64,000 nt of DNA from an uncultured Acidobacteriaceae bacterium. GTDB taxonomy: Bacteria > Acidobacteriota > Terriglobia > Terriglobales > Acidobacteriaceae. The position numbers and the translations under genes were made by a program. Positions 57,127-64,000 of the stretch are shown in pieces (positions within the stretch are counted from its first letter, which is position 1; each line of letters starts with the position of its first letter). A model generated the notes under the pieces. The model saw nothing but the letters and a program-made list of their open reading frames with translations. It was not told the origin of the DNA and made no database searches. The stretch is from the NCBI GenBank assembly GCA_964245315.1, contig CAXTMK010000002.1, forward strand, positions 29,231-93,230, read 5' to 3'.

Positions 57127-58557
57127 TTATCGGCGAAATTTGCGGCGAATCGCGAGTAGAAATAAGGCAAGTAGTGTCCAGACCGAGAGCATCTCTATGG
57201 TCTGTATTAGTGTGCCCCATGGGTAGGACGGAGAGAACTCAAGACTTTTTTGGTATGTTGCTATATTCAGTGACGTCAATAGTCCTGTCGCGGCAAGTTG
57301 CACTTCTTTCCACAGAGGAAATTTGCCGGTGTGAGTGCCGTACAGAAGGGCGCGATAGGTACTTGTGACGTGCTCATCCACTCCTCTAGTCTGATGCAGA
57401 CCAACTAACGGATATATCAGACCAAACGCGACCACCAAAAGCATGATCCAAGCGACAGGACGACGATAGCTATTGCCATAACTGCTCGCGTGCCGATATA
57501 AGGCGGTAAGGCTAAGATTCCTCCTTATCCATCGCCGCCATCCAGCCGATGAGCTTTCCTCAGCCAAGCCAAGCCGTTGCATCTCAAGAATTCCTACATG
57601 GAATTCATCTGCCATCCAATAATTGAGTCATCCATCGTAGTTACGGAGAAGCTGTAGATAGATCTGGCCTATAATCTGAAAACGTCGTTTGAATCTGTCT
57701 GAGGTCTCCTCGTAGTCCCCGTACTTGAGGAACCAGAGTTCATCGAAGATGAGAGCCCCCCGACCGTCAGGACGTTCTGCCCACCTAACAGAAGATGTAA
57801 AAAGCAGCTTACTTACATCGGTGTCGCCAAAAAGCACTCGGCTGAGGTCGACATCATCGAAAGCTACTTCTTCGGGCTTAGAGAAAGAGACGAAGCGAAA
57901 GTCTGCATCCGGCTCGCGTTCATACTCGTGGCCGAAGCTTGTAGATCTAAATAGCGCCGAATCGAGGAATTTACTATCTCGCCAGTCCGCCTTATGGCTA
58001 AATGTAGTTCCCTTGAAGTAAGCATATCCCGCGAAGGTCGCATGTACCCAAAATGACTCCTCGAACTCGGCCTCACGAACGTATAAATTCTTTTTGAATT
58101 TGACATGAGAAAAGTAGCGTCGGGACTTGAAGCATGGTCTCGTGAAATATGCATCTGACTGGAAAACGGTGTCTGTGAAATGAGCGTTGGATTCAAAGAC
58201 TGCCATGGAAAAGACGCTGTCCATTTCAAACACGCACTTTTCAAACTCGGTGTCATCCGTAAATGTTATGAAGCGAAAGTCGGCAACGCCTTTGAATACT
58301 GTCTGGCTGAAATCGACGCTGTCCTCAAAAGTAACGTTCATGAAAGCGGCCGTTCCACGGAATATCGCTTCATTAAACCTGCAAGTGATCCTGATGACCT
58401 CTTCTCTGAAGGCGCCACCGGGAAAGATAAACCCCGTGAAAATCGCTTCTTCCTGTGCAGTCGCGGACAGTACCCTCGAACACTCATCCCAAAAAGCTGA
58501 ATTGAGAGGCTCCGTCGCTTTTAGGGGGTCATTGGAGTGCATCAGGCAGACTCCCAC
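57127..58557 (-). pseudogene. Pentapeptide-repeat membrane protein interrupted by an in-frame TGA
   Basis: A(x)F pentapeptide repeats; ...RNYDG*LNYWMADEF... continues in frame into YG.SY.RP..W and TM helices. Confidence 0.8.
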
Positions 58558-58654
58558 CGGATCAGTTCCTGACTCATTGGCGTGTATGGGCCGTGAGCAT
58601 TCCTGCCCACCCCAAAGGGTGACACCACAATGTTTGAACGAGTCGGGTTGCGGG

Positions 58655-59494
58655 TATTGCTCAGCTCATGCGTGCGCTTTACATCCTTTCCGCGAAGAGC
58701 GCGGACGAGTTTGATGTCGTGATTGCCCGGGACGCAGAACGTCTGTCCCGAACCCATCATGCTCATGACCAGCCTGAGAACCTGCGCGGTGCCAGGACCA
58801 CGATCGACCAGGTCGCCAACGAAGACCAGCTTCCTGCCTCCAGGGGACGATACGTCGTACCGTCCTTCGTGCTGATGTACCGTGTACCCCAACTTAGCCA
58901 TGAGCTCAATCAGCTCGTCGGAGCATCCGTGCACGTCTCCGATGATGTCAAACGGACCGTGCTCGGCCTTCCGGTTGTTCCAGAGTGGCTGCCGCTCGAT
59001 CGTTACAGCATCCACCTCCTCGGGGGTAGACAGCTCGAAAACGTGGCGTATGCCCTCACGCTCCATGCCTCGAAGTGAGCGCCGGACTTGCTGCGACTGA
59101 TTGCGGATCACGTGCGGACCAAACTGGCGATCGGCTCGGAGCGCATTGCGATCCTGGCAGAGCCTGTCGGGAAGATCGAAGACGATTGCCTCGGCAAAGA
59201 GGTGGAACTCCTTGGCCAGTGCGATCAGGGTTTTGCGTGCTTCGGGCTGTACGTTCGTCGCATCGACCACCGTCAGGTGACCACGGGTGAGCCGCTTCCG
59301 CACGATGGTGTGGAGCAGGTCGAAAGCATCGCCTGTCGCCGACTGGTCGTTCTCATTGTCAGACACCAGCGCCCGGCAGAAGTCGGAAGAGACGACTTCG
59401 GTTGGAAGGAAGTGCTTGCGTGCGAAGGATGACTGCCCGAACCGGAGGGGCCGACGAGGAGAACGAGCGAGAGTTCAGGGAGACCGATCTTCAT
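58655..59494 (-). pseudogene. Polynucleotide kinase-phosphatase (Pnkp) 5' fragment
   Basis: MKIGLPELSLV+LVGPSGSG(K) with a -1 nt frameshift in the P-loop; VVDATN; IIGDVHGC, FVGDLVDRG and GNHD; truncated after KRTH. Confidence 0.88.
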
Positions 59495-59623
59495 GTGTTT
59501 CGCTTTCGACTTATCTGGAGACGCCGGTGCCAAGGCGTACCCTGATAAGGATATCGTTCAAAGCTGACTCTGCCGTGGGTGACACCGGTAGAAAAGTTTC
59601 GGAAGCCTCTATCGTGAGCCGCT

Positions 59624-59787
59624 CCTCGGATCAAGACGCTGGAAGAGTTCGACTTCGAGCAGTCGCTGCACATCCCGGCGGCCTGCATTCGCGCCCTGGC
59701 CGAAGGCGGAGATCTCGAACGCGCCGAGCCCGTGCGCTTTTGGTCGGCGATCCCGGCACCGGCAAGAGCCATCTCGCCACCGGCCTT
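59624..59787 (+). pseudogene. istB: IS21-family IstB ATPase fragment
   Basis: PRIKTLEEFDFEQS..IPA..IRALAEGG.LERAEP(V/fs)LLVGDPGTGKSHLATGL. Confidence 0.85.
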
Positions 59788-59889
59788 TTACGAGTATGCG
59801 ACCTACTGTCGGGACCACCAGACCGATTTCTTCGGAGATCCGACGTCGCAAATTGACCAGTTGAAACACCGTGCCGTCCAACCTGCCAC

Positions 59890-60122
59890 CCAGGTTCCGG
59901 GCCTACAGCTTCCCAGACGGACTTTCCACCGCGACGAAATCTGAGGTAATAGATCCCTTCAGGATGATGCTTTGCGTCGACTTCGGCGTAGCCAGCCCTG
60001 AGGGTGCGATTCTTGTTCCAGACCGGCTCCGCGAAGACGCTGCCGCCAGCGGCGGTCAGGACTCTGATATACAGGTGGACCTTTGGGCTCTTCACTCGTT
60101 GCTCCTGATGGTTGATAGCCAT
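59890..60122 (-). pseudogene. N-terminal fragment of a tyrosine integrase
   Basis: V.LYIRV...HHPEGIYYLRF...GK..WE.VG resembles integrase N-terminal domains; adjacent to tRNA; catalytic domain absent. Confidence 0.6.
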
Positions 60123-60210
60123 GTAGGGCGAGCGATCACGATTATCTTCGCGAGAAAGAAAGTGTCACAAACTTGCTTCGCTGTTCATTCCAAATGACTT
60201 ACAAGCAAAG

Positions 60211-60300
60211 TGGCGGAAGAGGAGGGATTCGAACCCCCGATACCCTTTCAGGTACGCCAGTTTTCAAGACTGGAGCCATCAACCACTCGGCCACTCTTCC
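60211..60300 (-). tRNA. tRNA-Ser(TGA)
   Basis: GGAAGAGTGGCCGAGTGG..., CCAGT-CTTGAAA-ACTGG anticodon arm, long variable arm, GGTTCGAATCC, encoded CCA. Confidence 0.97.
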
Positions 60301-60387
60301 GCGGGAGGGTGCTGTTCGGCTCCAGCAAAAGGTTATCAGGAAACGGCGCATCGCTGCGAGACTGGGTTGAATCTAAGAAGCAGGCTT

Positions 60388-61689
60388 ATGGCAACCGCAA
60401 CCACTCCAAAACCGCCGGCACCGCCTGCTGCATCCCGAAATACGTTCGACAACACGCTGGCCAGCGCCACCTCGACCATCGCGCTGCGCGAGACGATCAC
60501 CCTCGCCATAGACAGCTTCCGCGCCTCGAAGGTTCGGTTTATGTTGACGATGCTGGGTATGGTGATCGGTTCGGGTTCGATCGTGCTGGTCATTACGATC
60601 GGGCTTACAGGCAAGCAGTATGCGCTGTCTACGATCTCCAGCATCGGCCCGAACAAGATCGAGATGATGTACTCCGGCGGCAGCGTCGCCGGGCCGGACA
60701 ACAACTCTACGCAGGATCTGATGACGATCGAGGATATGGACGCCGTGCTGGAGCAGGTGCCCGGCATCGTGGCCGCCTCGCCCATGCTGGAGTTTCACGA
60801 TCGCATCAGCATCGGCGGCGGCGTCACCAAAGAGGCGATGCTGCTGGGCGTCTCGCCCGAATACAAGCAGGTGCGCAACCTGCAGATCGATGCCGGCCGC
60901 TTCTTCGACGAGCAGGATGCGACGGCGCATACCAAGGCCGGGGTGATCCTGGGCAAGTTCGCGATCGAGCTGTTCGGAAGCCCGCAGGCTGCCATCAACC
61001 AGACGATCAGCGTGCTGGGGATTCCGTTTACCGTGATCGGCGTCTTCGACGAGCGCGTGAAGGTGGCGCAGGGCATCGACGAAATCAGCGATCAGACGAT
61101 CCTGATTCCATACCAGGTCGCGCAATACTTCCAGGGCAGCGACAAGGCCAAGGAACTCTTTTTCTCCGTCGCTGACTCGGGACAGGTAAACGCGGCGGCG
61201 GATCAGATCACGGCCGTCATCCAGGGCCGGCATCGCGCGGGCAGCGTGTACAAGGCGTCCACGCTGGTCGGCATTCTGAACATCATGAGCAGCATCGCCG
61301 ACGGGTTGACGATCGTGCTGGTGCTGGCCTCGTTTGTGACGCTGGTGGTGTCGGGCGTGGGTATCACGAACTCCATGCTGGCGAATGTGTCGGCGCGAAC
61401 GCGCGAGATCGGCATCCGTAAGGCGCTGGGCGCGACCAGCAAGGAGATTCGCCTGCAGTTCCTCACCGAGGCGGTCTTTCTGTCGCTGGCGGGAGGCCTG
61501 GTGGGCACGGCCATCGGGCTCGCGATTCCAATTTCCGTCTCGTTGCTGACACCGTACAAGCTGCCGGTAAATTACTGGTCGGGCGCAATCTCGCTGGGCA
61601 CCTGCATGATCGTCGGCATTCTGGCGGGAACGCTGCCGGCGAATCGCGCGGCGGGGCTGGATCCTGTGGAGACGCTGAAGTACGAGTAA
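60388..61689 (+). CDS. ABC transporter permease (MacB/FtsX family)
   Basis: LTMLGMVIG, V.G.GI.NSML.NVS.RTREIGIRKALGA, PA.RAA.LDPVE.LKYE. Confidence 0.93.
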   Translation: MATATTPKPPAPPAASRNTFDNTLASATSTIALRETITLAIDSFRASKVRFMLTMLGMVIGSGSIVLVITIGLTGKQYALSTISSIGPNKIEMMYSGGSVAGPDNNSTQDLMTIEDMDAVLEQVPGIVAASPMLEFHDRISIGGGVTKEAMLLGVSPEYKQVRNLQIDAGRFFDEQDATAHTKAGVILGKFAIELFGSPQAAINQTISVLGIPFTVIGVFDERVKVAQGIDEISDQTILIPYQVAQYFQGSDKAKELFFSVADSGQVNAAADQITAVIQGRHRAGSVYKASTLVGILNIMSSIADGLTIVLVLASFVTLVVSGVGITNSMLANVSARTREIGIRKALGATSKEIRLQFLTEAVFLSLAGGLVGTAIGLAIPISVSLLTPYKLPVNYWSGAISLGTCMIVGILAGTLPANRAAGLDPVETLKYE

Positions 61690-61776
61690 TTCTCGCCGCG
61701 CTGTTCTCATTCTGAGAGCATTCGTACTCAATCGGAAACACCGAACGCTGAAGCGTTACCTCGTTAGAATGGAGCC

Positions 61777-62919
61777 ATGCCGACGCGTGTCCGTTCGTAC
61801 TCGAAGATCAACCTGGGGCTGGCGATCGGAGCGCCACGGGAGGATGGTTTTCACTCGCTGGCGACGCTGTACCAGACGCTGGCGCTGCACGACCTCGTGA
61901 CCGTGGCGGCCCGCAGATCGAATCAGAATATCCTGCGGCTTAGCTGCAATGACCCGCGCGTGCCGAGCGACGGGCGTAACACTGCCTGGAAGATGGTCGA
62001 GAAGACGTTGGCGGCGTTGAACATGCGCGCTCACGTTGAGATTCACATTCAGAAGAATCTGCCGATTCAGGGTGGGATGGGGGCCGGCTCGGCGAATGCG
62101 TCGGCGGCGTTGCTCGGGCTGGAACGAGAGTTGGGGCTTACGCTTTCGCAGCACGAAAAGCTTGAGCTGGCCGCGCAGGTGGGGTCGGATGTGCCGCTGT
62201 TTCTGGTTGGCGGATCGGTGCTGGGCCGGGATCGCGGGCAGATAGTTGGGGGGTTGGACGATGTCACGCTGGCAGGCGAGGGCGAGATCGACTGCGTGGT
62301 CGCGCTGCCGCGGATCGGGGTGTCGACGCCGGCCGCGTTTCGTGATTGGGATCGTCTGTTGACTGATCCGGATTTGCACAATCTCCCCAAACGCGATACT
62401 CTGAATGAGTTGAGCCGCACCTATGCTTCCGTTCTGAAAAGAACAGGAAAGCCCTTAGCCGGGCAAAGCAGGCACGGCGCCTCCGGTATCTTTCCCGATC
62501 CCAGTGCTTTTCCCAGTGAAATGCACACCCCTGAGAAACTGCAGGGCCTCTCTCGTGAACAACGTCACACCAGTCTTGCTTCTGCGAAGAATCCAGGCGA
62601 GAGCGGAATCGAGGATGATCTAGCCGAGAACTCCCTTCTCGCGCTTGTCCGCACCGGGATCGAAAACGACTTTGAAACGGTCGTCTTTCCTCAGTATCCC
62701 CTCTTGCGTGAAATCAAGCGACAATTGATGGGAACGGCTTCGGAAGATGCAGCAATATATGCTGCGCTTTCCGGCTCAGGCTCCGCGCTGTTTGGCCTGT
62801 ATCGGAGCCAGACGGATGCAAGTGCCGCTCAACAGCGACTCCAGCAGCAGGGCGTCGAGGCAATCGTCACGAAGACCATGCCCCGCGCACGCTACTGGAA
62901 CGAGATGTTCGCAGAGTGA
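61777..62919 (+). CDS. ispE: 4-diphosphocytidyl-2-C-methyl-D-erythritol kinase
   Basis: SKINLGL, K.LP..GG+GAGSANA, GSDVP.FL, LSGSGSALFG; large internal insertion. Confidence 0.95.
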   Translation: MPTRVRSYSKINLGLAIGAPREDGFHSLATLYQTLALHDLVTVAARRSNQNILRLSCNDPRVPSDGRNTAWKMVEKTLAALNMRAHVEIHIQKNLPIQGGMGAGSANASAALLGLERELGLTLSQHEKLELAAQVGSDVPLFLVGGSVLGRDRGQIVGGLDDVTLAGEGEIDCVVALPRIGVSTPAAFRDWDRLLTDPDLHNLPKRDTLNELSRTYASVLKRTGKPLAGQSRHGASGIFPDPSAFPSEMHTPEKLQGLSREQRHTSLASAKNPGESGIEDDLAENSLLALVRTGIENDFETVVFPQYPLLREIKRQLMGTASEDAAIYAALSGSGSALFGLYRSQTDASAAQQRLQQQGVEAIVTKTMPRARYWNEMFAE

Positions 62920-62965
62920 TCTCTGGTAATTTGCCTCTACAATAGAGTCAGCTACCGGAAGTGAT

Positions 62966-63039
62966 TGGGCGATCGATCAATGGTAGGTCAGGTGCCTTTG
63001 GAGCACTTTATCCAGGTTCGAGTCCTGGTCGCCCAACCA
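62966..63039 (+). tRNA. tRNA-Gln(TTG)
   Basis: TGGGCGA/TCGCCCA acceptor, GGTGC-CTTTGGA-GCACT anticodon arm, GGTTCGAGTCC, CCA; conserved ispE-tRNA-Gln-prs synteny. Confidence 0.95.
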
Positions 63040-63302
63040 AAATCGATTGCCACATCCGCGAGCAACAAAGCAGGAGCCAGGGTTATTTTTGAAGCATCCG
63101 GCGAGTCCGAAGCGACCGCCGCGCAACGGAAGTAAAAGTATTTGCCACTGTCGCGGAAACACACGCGAGAAGTACATGCATTCCCCGGAAGAACCGAGCG
63201 TCTTCTATTTCGTAATTGAAGTACCGGCCCACAACGGCGCCGGAGCGAGACCAGGCAGCAGAGGAACCACCAGGGTCAACCAGCCTGAGGAGTTTCAAAA
63301 AC

Positions 63303-64000
63303 GTGAACCAACAAGACACGACTGCGGTTCTTTTCCCTGATTCAGCGCGCGACGAAGAGTTGAACCGAAGCTCCTTGTCTACCCAAAATGGGTCCGCGCA
63401 AAACACGCCCGCAAAGACCGCGCCCGCGCCAAGAAAGCCGGGCCGGTTGAGCGACGCGAAACGCTTCAAGATCTTCTCGGGCGAGGCCAACCGTCCTTTG
63501 GCCGAAGAGGTCTGCAAATTTGTCGGAGTGCCGCTGGGCGAAACCAGGCTCGAGCGCTTTTCCGACGGCGAGGTTCTGTTTCAACTGCTTGAAAATGTTC
63601 GCGGCGCGGATGTGTTCCTTATCCAGCCGACCTGTTTTCCGGTTGACCAGCATCTGGTCGAGCTCTTGGTCATGATGGACGCGCTGAAGCGGGCTTCCGC
63701 CAAGCGCATCACCGTCGTGATCCCGTATTACGGCTACGCCCGGCAGGACCGCAAGGACCGGCCGCGCGTTGCCATCACCAGCAAGCTCGTCGCGGACTTG
63801 CTGACGGCAGCCGGTGCAAATCGCGCTCTGCTCGTCGATCTTCACGCGGCACAGATTCAGGGCTTCTTCAACATCCCGGTCGACCATCTGTTTGCCAGCC
63901 CGGTGCTGGTGGGTTATTTCCGGGAGCTCAACCTGCCCAACCTGACTGTGGTCAGTCCGGACGCGGGAGGAGTGGAACGGGCGAGATTCTTCGCCAAGAA
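63303..64000 (+). CDS. prs: Ribose-phosphate pyrophosphokinase (partial, runs off the right edge)
   Basis: Manual translation: KIFSGEAN..LAEE, RFSDGE, NVRG.DVF.IQPT, IPYYGYARQDRK, DLHAAQIQGFF.IPVDHL, VVSPDAGGVERAR. GTG start with a GAGGAG RBS. Confidence 0.96.
   Translation, partial: MNQQDTTAVLFPDSARDEELNRSSLSTQNGSAQNTPAKTAPAPRKPGRLSDAKRFKIFSGEANRPLAEEVCKFVGVPLGETRLERFSDGEVLFQLLENVRGADVFLIQPTCFPVDQHLVELLVMMDALKRASAKRITVVIPYYGYARQDRKDRPRVAITSKLVADLLTAAGANRALLVDLHAAQIQGFFNIPVDHLFASPVLVGYFRELNLPNLTVVSPDAGGVERARFFAK

Larger units (their letters stand above)
55180..60210. mobile_element. Decayed genomic island adjacent to the tRNA-Ser 3' end
   Basis: Lower GC, integrase and istB remnants, several pseudogenes, tRNA-like fragment at the far end. 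Confidence 0.8.

Noticed and set aside
57628-57630. Selenocysteine or genetic-code reassignment at the in-frame TGA
   Set aside because: No redox motif or evident SECIS hairpin, and TGA is a normal stop throughout the window.

Overview
GC-rich bacterial chromosome segment. The gene content (acidobacterial-type VWA protein, PEP-CTERM protein, MacB-type permease, REP families) suggests Acidobacteriota; this is an inference. (1) Positions 1 to ~30,470 are the right part of a transposable (Mu-like) prophage with a divergent B3/BcepMu-type layout. Lysis, terminase, portal and head genes run leftward. A central immunity/accessory block holds the repressor, a small membrane protein, an SGNH lipoprotein and a decayed DNA methylase. 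The early operon (frameshifted ner-like gene, MuA, MuB, ~20 small genes, GemA-like) runs rightward, followed by a second exported SGNH protein and a repeat-rich putative phage end. (2) ~30,500-55,150 is host metabolic DNA containing a RAYT transposase and three REP families; one REP family also sits in frame inside mnmG and murQ. (3) ~55,180-60,210 is a decayed island beside tRNA-Ser, with integrase, istB, pnkp, metallophosphoesterase and pentapeptide-protein remnants. (4) 60,211-64,000 holds tRNA-Ser, an ABC permease, ispE, tRNA-Gln and the start of prs. The most notable candidates are the pair of paralogous exported SGNH esterases in the prophage and the REP-derived in-frame coding segments. 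No CRISPR array, rRNA or DGR was seen. All family assignments come from motif recognition by eye; no database searches were run.
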